Assembly: GCA_019310425.1 (NCBI GenBank)
Contig: JAFDEI010000002.1
Location: 3,101-67,100, forward strand
Source: Deltaproteobacteria bacterium
Lineage (GTDB): Bacteria; Myxococcota_A; UBA9160; SMWR01
DNA length: 64,000 nucleotides
Direction of reading: 5' to 3'
Shown here: in pieces, positions 27,446 to 36,395 of the stretch
How positions within the stretch are numbered: the first letter of the stretch is position 1
Layout of the letters: every line of letters starts with the position of its first letter
The notes under the pieces: generated by a model
The model's database searches: none
What the model was told of the DNA's origin: nothing
Seen by the model: the letters and a program-made list of their open reading frames with translations, nothing else
Translations under genes and position numbers: made by a program

Positions 27446-28777
27446 ATGACTTCTCCCGACGAAGCTCCTCAGTTGAATCCGCTCGCGTGTGAGCTGAACG
27501 AGCGGCTCGAAAAGGCCGCGCCCGAAGTCCTCGAGATGTTGTCGAAGCTCGGCCGACGCCTCTACTTCCCGAAGGGAATCCTCACGCAGAGTGCCGAGGC
27601 AGGTGCGCGCGCGCATCGATTCAACGCGACGATCGGCATCGCAACCGAGGGCGACGGGCCGATGGTGCTGCCCTCGGTGACCGAGCACCTCGTGGACATC
27701 GATGCCGGAGACGCGGTGAAGTACGCGCCGCCGGCGGGTCAACCGCGGCTGCGCGAGCTATGGCGTGACAAGATGCTCGCCGAAAACCCCTCGCTCGCGA
27801 ACAAGCAGATCTCGCTGCCGGTGGTGACGAGCGCGATCACGCATGGCCTCACCTTGGTCGGTGATCTCTTCGTCGACCCTGGCGATTGCATTCTGCTGCC
27901 GGACAAGCTCTGGGGCAACTACCGGCTCACCTACGAGGTTCGCCTCGGGGCGACGATCGAAACCTATCCGTTCTATGACGGCGAAGGCTTCGATGTCGCG
28001 GGACTCGAGCACGCACTCGAGTCGAACCAGCGCGAGAAAATCATCGTGCTGCTCAATTTCCCCAACAATCCGACCGGCTACATGCCGACCGAGGCGGAGG
28101 GTGAGGCGATCGTCGCGGCACTTCGGCGCTGCGCGGAATCCGGTACGAAGGTGATCGCGGTCTTCGACGACGCGTATTTCGGCCTGTTCTATCACCTCGG
28201 CGGTCGGTCGTTGACCGAGTCGTTGTTCGCGCGTGCGGCGAACGCACACCCGAACCTGCTCGCCGTGCGGCTCGACGGCGCGACCAAGGAGTTGTTCGTC
28301 TGGGGGCTGCGCTGTGGCTTCATCACGTTTGGCCCCGGACGAACGGAAAGTGTGGACGAGGTTGCCGAGGTACTCGAAGCGAAGCTCCGCGGCGCGATCC
28401 GCAGCGGCATCTCGAACGTTCCGCAGTTGTCGCAGACGCTCGTCGACCGCGCCCTCACGTCGCCGACGATCGAAGCGGAGCGCAAGCAGAAGCACGAAAC
28501 GCTGCGCGCACGCGCGGAAAAGGTCTATCAGGTTGCGAACGCGCCGCGCTTCAGCGAGAGCTTCCGCCCCTACCCGTTCAACAGCGGTTACTTCATGTGC
28601 GTCGAGGTGAAGGGGGTGCCTGCCGAGACGCTGCGCGTGCACCTGCTGGATCAGCACGGCACCGGCGTGATCGCGACCAGTCCGACCGATATACGCGTCG
28701 CGTTCTCGTGCCTCGAGGTCGAGGAGGTCGAGCCGCTGTTCGAGACGCTCCACAAGGCGATCCAGGAGCTGACGTAG
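27446..28777 (+). CDS. Class I/II pyridoxal-phosphate-dependent aminotransferase
   Basis: 443 aa. NFPNNPTGY, FDDAYFGL, and a putative PLP-Lys region GATKELFVWGLRCG. Confidence 0.8.
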   Translation: MTSPDEAPQLNPLACELNERLEKAAPEVLEMLSKLGRRLYFPKGILTQSAEAGARAHRFNATIGIATEGDGPMVLPSVTEHLVDIDAGDAVKYAPPAGQPRLRELWRDKMLAENPSLANKQISLPVVTSAITHGLTLVGDLFVDPGDCILLPDKLWGNYRLTYEVRLGATIETYPFYDGEGFDVAGLEHALESNQREKIIVLLNFPNNPTGYMPTEAEGEAIVAALRRCAESGTKVIAVFDDAYFGLFYHLGGRSLTESLFARAANAHPNLLAVRLDGATKELFVWGLRCGFITFGPGRTESVDEVAEVLEAKLRGAIRSGISNVPQLSQTLVDRALTSPTIEAERKQKHETLRARAEKVYQVANAPRFSESFRPYPFNSGYFMCVEVKGVPAETLRVHLLDQHGTGVIATSPTDIRVAFSCLEVEEVEPLFETLHKAIQELT

Positions 28778-28903
28778 CGCTCCACTCGCTGGCGGCGACG
28801 TCCCGACGGGTGCGACCGGGGAGGCTCGAACCTGCGCGCGCAGGGGGTGCTGCCCGAGCAATTCGCGTGGTCGGGGAAGACCCGCTCGAGCCTTCCGCCC
28901 GGG

Positions 28904-30367
28904 TCAGCGGGGCCGGGCGGCCTCGACCCGATCGAGTTCTTCGAGGATCGCGATCAGCGTGGTGACGCCACGCTCGAGGTTTTCGATCGAAATGCGCTCG
29001 TCGGGCCCGTGCACGCCCCAGGGTTCGCTGGCGTTGCGCCAGCGTGGAACGAAGCCGTACGCGATCAGGCCTCGGTCCCGGAAGTAATGGGCGTCGGTGA
29101 AGCCCGAGATTACGCGCGGGACGACCACGGCCCCGGGATCGGCGCTGGCGGCGACGCGTTCGATTGCATGGAAGAGCGGGGTGTCGGCCGAGGATGTACG
29201 CGACGGGAAGCTGAGGATCGGTTCCACCGAGACCCCGGGGTCTGTAATCAGGGTGCGGATGTGGCTCGCGAACGCGGAACAGCTCTCACCGGGGAGCAGA
29301 CGCGCATCGACGTGTGCCGTGGCGGTGGCGGGGATCACGTTCGTGCGTGGGCTGCCTTCGAGCACGGTGGGGACGAGGGTCGCCCGAACCAAGGCGGCGT
29401 ACTGGCGGTTCGATAGGAATCGGCTCCGGAAGGCCGGGTCGTCTTGGAGCGCGGTGTCGAGATCGGCGAAGCCCGCCCGGTCCTCGGGCGGCGCGAAGGG
29501 GGCGAGCGCGGCGAACATCGTCGCGACTTCCGGGATGACCTCGACGTTTGTCTCCATGTTCCGGAGACGTTCGAGTGCGGCGATCAGTCGTGGTACCGAG
29601 GCGTCGCGCGGCGGCACCGAGCTGTGCCCCGGGGTTCCGCTCGCGGTCACGCGCAGCCAGCACGGGTTCTTCTCGGTGACCGCCACGCCCCAGACCGGCG
29701 GTCCGTCGCCCGGCGGCACCCGTACGCCGCCGCCCTCGGTCAAGAGGTAGCCGGCACCGCGCAGCAGCTTCGGATGTTCACGCAGCAGGTAGCCCGCGCC
29801 GTACCAGCCTCCCGTCTCCTCCTCTGGAACCGACAGGAAGATGACGTCGCGGTCGAGCGTTCGTCCTCGACGCGCGAGTTCGGTGACGGCCGCCAGGTGG
29901 ACCACCGCCGCACCCTTGGCGTCGATGGCACCGCGCCCATGCACGTAGCCGTCGCGAATCACGCCCGCGAACGGCTCGAACTCCCAGGACTCGGCCTGTG
30001 CGGGGACGACGTCGAGGTGAGACAACAACACGATTGGCGCTCCGCGTCCGCGTCCCGCATAGCGACCCCAGACTGCTGCGCGCCCGAGCGTCGATGCGCC
30101 CGAAGGCGTGGGGATCACTTCGGCCTCGGCCCCAGCCGCGCGGAGCCGCGCGGCGAAGAACTCTGCGAGCCGTGCTTCGTCGCCGGGAGGATTCACGGTG
30201 ACGAACCGGATGGCATCGGACAGGGTTGCGGCGACCCGATCGCCGAGGCCGGGGGATGCAGGCCGAGGGGGAGGAGCCGGGCCGAGGGCTTGCTGCGAGC
30301 TGCTCGGGACCGCGCAAGCCGACGCGAGCAGTGTGGCCGTGGCGATCACCGCCCAGCGCTGTTTCAT
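28904..30367 (-). CDS. Exported M20-family metallopeptidase
   Basis: Start ATG 30367 (MKQRWAVIATATLLASACAV: signal peptide, possible lipobox). LSHLDVVP, GRGAIDAKG and VPEEETGG are typical M20 motifs. Confidence 0.75.
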   Translation of the reverse strand: MKQRWAVIATATLLASACAVPSSSQQALGPAPPPRPASPGLGDRVAATLSDAIRFVTVNPPGDEARLAEFFAARLRAAGAEAEVIPTPSGASTLGRAAVWGRYAGRGRGAPIVLLSHLDVVPAQAESWEFEPFAGVIRDGYVHGRGAIDAKGAAVVHLAAVTELARRGRTLDRDVIFLSVPEEETGGWYGAGYLLREHPKLLRGAGYLLTEGGGVRVPPGDGPPVWGVAVTEKNPCWLRVTASGTPGHSSVPPRDASVPRLIAALERLRNMETNVEVIPEVATMFAALAPFAPPEDRAGFADLDTALQDDPAFRSRFLSNRQYAALVRATLVPTVLEGSPRTNVIPATATAHVDARLLPGESCSAFASHIRTLITDPGVSVEPILSFPSRTSSADTPLFHAIERVAASADPGAVVVPRVISGFTDAHYFRDRGLIAYGFVPRWRNASEPWGVHGPDERISIENLERGVTTLIAILEELDRVEAARPR

Positions 30368-30636
30368 GGTATACTGCCGTTCGTCGATCACATCGCCCCG
30401 TATGAGATGGTTGGCCCGATCAACGAGCCCCTAAAACCCTCTTTGGAATCACGGTATTACATTAATTCCCCGCGGGTGTTGAAGGAACGGCCGGGCCGGG
30501 ATCGCCAGTTCCGCGCCACGAGGGTGATCTCCCTCACACCTTTCTCAGACAGAATAGCTATTTAGGAATCGCACTTGCGCGCCGAAGGATAGAAAATAAC
30601 CGAGTGTCAGGCTGCTCCAGGAGCTTTTGAAGTCGG

Positions 30637-32061
30637 ATGCGGAACTCACAACGAAAATCCCGTGGCAAGTCGATCTTGCTTGCGGCGAGCGGAATCCTCA
30701 GCCTTACGGTGGCGGTGGTCCTCGGCGCGGATTGGATGAGCGGTTCGCACGCAACAGCCGCCGTTGATGTCGCCGTCGACGTAGCCGTTGCCGAGGGACC
30801 CGCGGTTGCCGACCTCCTGAACGCGAGTCCGTCCTTTTCGCCCGCAACGGCAGCGAGAATCGAAGCACCCGACGCCGAGACCTTCGAGGTCGAGGCTGTG
30901 ACCTCCGCAGTGGTCGAGCCTGTTCCGATTCCCACCCCGATGCCCACCACTGTGCTGACCGAGGGCGAGCTCGAGCGTGGCGATTCGCTTGCTTCGGCGT
31001 TGAGTCGCTCGAACGTGCCGGCTTCGGTGGTGCACGTGGTCACGCGTGAGGCTTCCAAGGTCTTCAACTTCAGGCGCGCACAACCGGGCCACAGCTTTGT
31101 GCTGACCCAGGACCTCGAGGGTCGCGTGCTCGACTTCCGCTACCGCCAATCGGCGACCGAGAGTGTCCACGTATTCCTCGATGGCGATGATTACCAGGTG
31201 CGCCGCGAGAGTGCGAAGTTGATCCCACGCGTTTCGCGTGTTGCGGGCGTGGTGAGTTCGAGCCTGTACGGCGCCATCGTCGAACTAGGCGAAAAACCGC
31301 AGCTTGCGAACGACTTCACCGATGTATTCGCGTGGGACGTCGACTTTTCGCGAACCACGCGCCCGGGCGATGAGTTCAAAGTGCTCTATGAGCGCCTCTA
31401 CTACACCGACGACGACGGCGCGGAGATATACGCGGGCCCAGGCCGGATTCTCGCGGCGCGGTACGGCGGCGCGGTCGGTGAACACACCGCGATCTACTTC
31501 GAGCAGAAGGAGGGCCGCGGATCGTACTACCGGCCCGACGGAACATCGGTGGAGCGACAGTTCCTGATGGCGCCGCTGCGTTATACGCGAATCACCTCGG
31601 GCTTCACTCAGGCACGGCGTCACCCGATCCTGAAGATCACGCGGCCGCACCACGGCATCGACTACGCCGCGAGGTACGGCTCACCGGTCTGGTCGGTCGC
31701 GAACGGCGAGGTCATCTACCGCGGCTGGGCGGGTGGTTTCGGCAATCTCGTGAAAGTTCGCCACGACGACGGCTACGTGTCCTACTACTCCCACCTCTCG
31801 CGCTTCGACAAGATCAAGGTCGGAGATCGCGTTGAGCAGAAACAGCTGGTCGGCTACGTGGGGCAGACCGGTCTCGCAACCGGCCCGCACGTCTGTTTCC
31901 GGATTGCGAAGAATGGCAGCTATGTGAATCCGGCGCGGATCCTCAGCCCGCCTGCGGATCCGGTCTCGGAATCGTCACGCGCCGCGTTCGTCGCGACGCG
32001 CGACACGCTGCTGTCGGAGCTCGATGCGGGCCCGTTCGTCGCCACCGGTGAGGCGCTCTAG
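30637..32061 (+). CDS. M23-family (LytM-type) peptidoglycan endopeptidase
   Basis: 474 aa. N-terminal membrane anchor. The C-terminal domain has HHGIDYAA...GNLVKVRHDDGYVSYYSHL...GPHVCF (HxxxD / HxH motifs). Confidence 0.8.
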   Translation: MRNSQRKSRGKSILLAASGILSLTVAVVLGADWMSGSHATAAVDVAVDVAVAEGPAVADLLNASPSFSPATAARIEAPDAETFEVEAVTSAVVEPVPIPTPMPTTVLTEGELERGDSLASALSRSNVPASVVHVVTREASKVFNFRRAQPGHSFVLTQDLEGRVLDFRYRQSATESVHVFLDGDDYQVRRESAKLIPRVSRVAGVVSSSLYGAIVELGEKPQLANDFTDVFAWDVDFSRTTRPGDEFKVLYERLYYTDDDGAEIYAGPGRILAARYGGAVGEHTAIYFEQKEGRGSYYRPDGTSVERQFLMAPLRYTRITSGFTQARRHPILKITRPHHGIDYAARYGSPVWSVANGEVIYRGWAGGFGNLVKVRHDDGYVSYYSHLSRFDKIKVGDRVEQKQLVGYVGQTGLATGPHVCFRIAKNGSYVNPARILSPPADPVSESSRAAFVATRDTLLSELDAGPFVATGEAL

Positions 32062-32103
32062 TCCTTTCTCGTCGCGCCCATCCGCTGCGCGTCGCTCAGC
32101 TTT

Positions 32104-32565
32104 GTGCGAGCATCCGGGGCGATGCCTGAGAGCCCCCCTCCCGACTTTCCGTTTGATCTGGGCGATCGCTTCGAACGGCTCGGCCACGCACTGCGCGACC
32201 GCGAGGCGGAGCACGCGGACGACCTCGACCGGGCGCGCGCGTGTGCTGCGCGGATGCATGCCACAGTGGCGAAGGCACTCGCCGACTTCAACGCGGCCGC
32301 GGGTCTGCCGCAGCTCGCGGTCGAACTCGGCGAGATCCGCACCGACGAAAAACACGTGCGGGCTGTCGAGTTCGACATGGTGCGCGGTCGCCACCGTGCG
32401 ATCGTCACCGCGAAGAGTCGAGGCGAGGTGACGCTGGTCGGTCCGTTCCAGCGGGGCAAGACCGAGGGTCCGTGCAAGAGCTTCCCATTCGGCGCCGGGC
32501 CCGAACTACAAGCTGAGCTCGCCGACTTCCTCGAGCAGTTTCTCGAGGCTGCGGCCAATCCGTGA
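32104..32565 (+). CDS. Hypothetical protein
   Basis: 153-aa ORF with coding-like GC3. No family recognised. The start is uncertain (alternative ATG at 32122). Confidence 0.4.
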   Translation: MRASGAMPESPPPDFPFDLGDRFERLGHALRDREAEHADDLDRARACAARMHATVAKALADFNAAAGLPQLAVELGEIRTDEKHVRAVEFDMVRGRHRAIVTAKSRGEVTLVGPFQRGKTEGPCKSFPFGAGPELQAELADFLEQFLEAAANP

Positions 32566-32614
32566 CAAGGACCCGGAGCGCGACAGGGACCCGGAGCGCG
32601 ACCGGGAATACGAC

Positions 32615-33235
32615 GTGACCGGTGACCCAGCGGTCAATCCGCTGAGTTCGATTCAGCGGGTACGAGTCGGATCGCGCAACGAACCGAAGATCGCGGCGGT
32701 TCGCAGCGCGATGGCGGCGTATGCACCATCGGTCGAAGTCTGCGGGGTGGCGGTCGACTCGGGCGTACCCGAGCAACCAGTCGGCTTCGAAGAAATCGTG
32801 CAGGGCGCGCGCAATCGAGCTGCCGCGGCGCAGCGAAGCGGCGACTGCGACCTCGCTGTGGGGATCGAGGACGGCCTGGTGGCCCTCCCCGCCGTCGCCG
32901 CAACGGCGGGCACCCCGCACCTGAACATCGGCTGTGCGGTGGTCAGCGACGGGCAACGCGTTTCGCTTGGATTCTCCTCGGCCTTTGCGTATCCCCTCGG
33001 CATCACGGAGGCCGCGGTGAGCGATCGTTCACCGATCGGTGAACTCTTCGACACGCTCTGGCGCGCGCGGCGCGGGGAATCACAGGATCTGCCATCGGCC
33101 CGAACCAGCGGAAACGTCGGCAAGCTCACCGCAGGCGCGTTACCGCGCAGTGAGTACGCGCGCCATGCCGTGCTTTGCGCGCTCGTGATGTTCGTCAATC
33201 CGGACCTCTACTCCCCTACCGAGAATTCTCTGTGA
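32615..33235 (+). CDS. yjjX: Inosine/xanthosine triphosphatase (YjjX/DUF84 family)
   Basis: VRVGSRNEPKIAAVRSA...SGVPEQPVG...VGIEDG pattern of the Maf/YjjX-like NTPases. The stop overlaps the gshA start. Confidence 0.65.
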   Translation: MTGDPAVNPLSSIQRVRVGSRNEPKIAAVRSAMAAYAPSVEVCGVAVDSGVPEQPVGFEEIVQGARNRAAAAQRSGDCDLAVGIEDGLVALPAVAATAGTPHLNIGCAVVSDGQRVSLGFSSAFAYPLGITEAAVSDRSPIGELFDTLWRARRGESQDLPSARTSGNVGKLTAGALPRSEYARHAVLCALVMFVNPDLYSPTENSL

Positions 33236-34587
33236 TGTCCGAAAATGCGGAAGACCGACGGATCGAAGGAGTGGAAGAACTCATCGCCTTGTTCGAAGCA
33301 GCCGAGAAACCGCCGGAACGCTGGCGGGTGGGAACCGAGCACGAGAAGATCGGGCTCTATTCCGATGGTTATACCCCGGTTCCGTACGAGGGGGAGCGTG
33401 GCATCGGCATGTTGCTCGAGACGATCGCACGCGACGACGGCTGGGAACGGGTCTTCGAAGGCGACTACTTGATCGCGCTCGAAAAAGAGGGCGCGAGCAT
33501 TACACTCGAACCCGGTGGGCAGTTGGAGTTGTCCGGCGCGCCACTGCGAACGATCCACGAAACTTGCGACGAGTTCCACACCCACCTCGCCTTGATGAAG
33601 CGCGTCTCCGAGCCGTTCGGAATCGTCTGGCTCGGTCTCGGGATCCATCCGATCGATTCGGTCGAGGGAATTCCGGTGATGCCCAAGGAGCGTTACCGGA
33701 TCATGCGCCGATACCTGTCGACGCGCGGCGAGCGCGGGCTCGTAATGATGTTCGAGACGGCCACGGTACAGGCAAATTTCGACTATTCGAGTGAAGCGGA
33801 CATGTGCGAGAAAATGCGGACTTCACTCTCGATGAGTCCGGTCGTGTCGGCTATCTACGCGAATTCGAGCCTGTCGAAAGGCTGTCCGAACGGGTTCGTG
33901 TCCCGCCGAATGGACGCGTGGGAGGACACCGATCCTGATCGTACCGGTCTCCTGCCGTTCGCGTTCGAGCCCGACTTCGGCTATCGGCGCTATATCGAGT
34001 GGGCGCTCGATATACCGATGTTCTTCGTCATTCGCGGCGAACGTTACCATTCAGCCGATGGTCTCACGTTTCGCCATTTCATGACCGACGGCCTCGGCGA
34101 CCTGCACGCGACGGTCGCGGATTTCCAACGACACCTCACCACGTTGTTTCCCGAGGTGCGACTCAAGAACATCATCGAAGTTCGCGGAGCCGATGCGGTT
34201 CCGCCGGGGCTCACCTGTTCGCTTCCCGCACTCTGGAAGGGTCTTCTCTACGACGCGGAGGCGCGCGCTGCCGCGACCGAACTGGCCGCGGGCGGCACCC
34301 ATGCGGTCCGTGAGGCGGCACGAATGGATGTGGCGAGGCGCGGACTGTCGGCCGAATACGGCGGCCGGCCGGTGCTCGACCTGGCAAAGGAACTCGCAGT
34401 GATCGCCCACGACGGATTGCGACGGATCGCCCACGCGGGCGCCACGCAGCCCGACGAATGCTCGTTCCTCGAGCCGATCTTTTCGCAGCTCGAGCAGGCT
34501 GCGAGCCCTGGGAGCGTGGCCCTGGACCACTGGGAAGGCGAGTGGAAGAAATCGCTCGATCGCTTGATCGAGTACGCGCGGTACTGA
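33235..34587 (+). CDS. gshA: Glutamate--cysteine ligase, GCS2 (plant/proteobacterial) family
   Basis: ATG 33235 (MSENAEDRR...). RVGTEHEKIG, ITLEPGGQLELSGAP, MPKERY, FPEVRLKNIIEVRGAD. Confidence 0.8.
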   Translation: MSENAEDRRIEGVEELIALFEAAEKPPERWRVGTEHEKIGLYSDGYTPVPYEGERGIGMLLETIARDDGWERVFEGDYLIALEKEGASITLEPGGQLELSGAPLRTIHETCDEFHTHLALMKRVSEPFGIVWLGLGIHPIDSVEGIPVMPKERYRIMRRYLSTRGERGLVMMFETATVQANFDYSSEADMCEKMRTSLSMSPVVSAIYANSSLSKGCPNGFVSRRMDAWEDTDPDRTGLLPFAFEPDFGYRRYIEWALDIPMFFVIRGERYHSADGLTFRHFMTDGLGDLHATVADFQRHLTTLFPEVRLKNIIEVRGADAVPPGLTCSLPALWKGLLYDAEARAAATELAAGGTHAVREAARMDVARRGLSAEYGGRPVLDLAKELAVIAHDGLRRIAHAGATQPDECSFLEPIFSQLEQAASPGSVALDHWEGEWKKSLDRLIEYARY

Positions 34588-34641
34588 TACAGTCGGTCAC
34601 CCCCGTAGGCAAAGTCGTTTCTCGGATTCGGAGGTTCCGCC

Positions 34642-35211
34642 ATGGCGTCGAAATTCAAAGTCACGTTCACGCTCGATGAATCGGATGCGAACTACTTCCG
34701 CAATCTCTACAAGAAGGCAAAGAAGGAAGCGAAGACCCACGGCCGCGAACAGATCATCGAAGACGCGCGCGCGATCGTGAAGGAAGTGAAGTCGTCGAAG
34801 AAGACGCCTTCATTCGTCCAGGAGGCGATCGCAATTCTTGCCGACCTCGTCGACTTGATCCAGGACGAAGATTACGGCGCACCGAAGCGGGTGCAAACCG
34901 AAGTGCTCGCGGCTCTCGCGTACTTCTCCGAACCCGAAGATCTGATCCCGGACAACATCCCCGGCCTGGGATTTCTCGATGACGCGATCATGGTGAAGTT
35001 CATCGAAGAAGAATTCAAGAATGAGTTGTGGGGATATCGCAAGTTCCGCAAGAACCGGGATGTCTCCGAGCAGCGGCCGTGGGCTGCGAGCGCGAAGGGG
35101 CGGCTCGCCGAACGCCTCGCTGAGGATCGCAAGAAGATCCGCGGAGCGATTGTGGAACGCGAGGCCAAGGAGGCGCTCAAGAAGAAGTCCAAGAAGCGCA
35201 GCGGTTGGTGA
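34642..35211 (+). CDS. DUF1232 (YkvA-like) domain protein with Lys-rich termini
   Basis: DLIPDNIPGLGFLDDAIMV is the DUF1232 signature. 189 aa. Confidence 0.65.
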   Translation: MASKFKVTFTLDESDANYFRNLYKKAKKEAKTHGREQIIEDARAIVKEVKSSKKTPSFVQEAIAILADLVDLIQDEDYGAPKRVQTEVLAALAYFSEPEDLIPDNIPGLGFLDDAIMVKFIEEEFKNELWGYRKFRKNRDVSEQRPWAASAKGRLAERLAEDRKKIRGAIVEREAKEALKKKSKKRSGW

Positions 35212-35239
35212 TCGTGCAGGCTCGGCGGGCGCCGGCGCC

Positions 35240-36388
35240 ATGATGAGCGAGAGTCGTCCTCGGATTCTCGTCGTCGACGATGAGGAGGCGATCCTCGAGA
35301 CGATGAGCTTCACGTTCGAGGACGAGTACGAAGTCTTCACTTCGACCGATGCCCGCCGCGCGCTCGACATCCTGGACGAAAAAGCCCCGATCGCGGTGGT
35401 GCTCACCGATCAGCGGATGCCGAACATGAGCGGCGTCGAGTTCGTCACCGAAGTGTGCCGAAGAAATCCGGCCACGGTCAGCATGATCCTGACCGGCTTC
35501 TCGGACATGGACGCGATCATCCAGGCAGTCAACGACGGCCACATCTATGCCTACATCACCAAGCCGTGGGAGCCCGATCAGCTGAAGCAGCTGATGAAGC
35601 AGGCCGTCGATCGCTACCAGCTCGCGGCCTTGAACCAGCGCCTGCTCGAGGATCTGAAGAACTCGAATGTCTATCTGGAAGCGGTGATGGACCACCTCGA
35701 CACCGGCGCGATCGCGGTTGATTCAGCCGGCCGCGTACAGGCGGTGAACCGCCCGGTGCGCGAATACCTCGGTCTCCAGGGCGAATTCCACGGACGGTAC
35801 ATCGACGAAATTCTCGAGGGCCACGGGCTGAAAGCAGTTGGAATGGCGGCCGATCGGATCGCCGCTGACGATGACGTCAGCTACGAGGATGTCGAGTTTT
35901 CGATGGGTGGGAAGATGCACCGCTTCCGGATTGCAGCCCACGTCTTCAAGCACGATTCGGGCGACGAGTTCGGCAAGGTAATGCTCGTGCGCGAGATCTC
36001 GCACGAGCCGCTGCGAAGTCATTTCGACGATCTCGTGGGCCGGCTCCTCGCGGTCGAGGGTGAGCTTCATACGGAACTCGAGCGGGCTCGCGAGCAGCTC
36101 AAGGGCCTCGGCGCAGAAGTTCGCGGTTCGCGCATCGATTCGCCCGGCATGGAGCAGCTCGCCGAGCGTGTATCGCGGACCCTCACCGCGATCGAGAACT
36201 GGATCGACGTCGACGATGCACTCGGGAGTGAAGATTACCCCGACGCGCAGCTCTTGCTGGACCGGATGCGCGTCGCGACCACGCGCTGGCCGCTGGTCGA
36301 CCGGCTCCCTGCGCGCGTTCAGGAGCTGGGAAGAGCCGTCGATCAATACTATGAGTCCGGCGAAAACTCGAAGCAGCGAATCCTCTAG
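35240..36388 (+). CDS. Response regulator: REC + PAS-like domain + C-terminal helical region, no recognisable output domain
   Basis: ATG 35240 (MMSESRPRILVVDDEEAILE...DQRMPNMSG...KPW). PAS-like segment LEAVMDHLDTGAIAVDSAGRVQAVN. Confidence 0.75.
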   Translation: MMSESRPRILVVDDEEAILETMSFTFEDEYEVFTSTDARRALDILDEKAPIAVVLTDQRMPNMSGVEFVTEVCRRNPATVSMILTGFSDMDAIIQAVNDGHIYAYITKPWEPDQLKQLMKQAVDRYQLAALNQRLLEDLKNSNVYLEAVMDHLDTGAIAVDSAGRVQAVNRPVREYLGLQGEFHGRYIDEILEGHGLKAVGMAADRIAADDDVSYEDVEFSMGGKMHRFRIAAHVFKHDSGDEFGKVMLVREISHEPLRSHFDDLVGRLLAVEGELHTELERAREQLKGLGAEVRGSRIDSPGMEQLAERVSRTLTAIENWIDVDDALGSEDYPDAQLLLDRMRVATTRWPLVDRLPARVQELGRAVDQYYESGENSKQRIL

Positions 36389-36395
36389 GCGAACG

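Noticed and set aside
32569-32603. An 18-bp direct repeat (GGACCCGGAGCGCGAC x2) between the hypothetical gene and yjjX.
   Set aside because: It has only two copies and no spacer structure, so it is not a CRISPR. It has no dyad symmetry and is probably a trivial local duplication.
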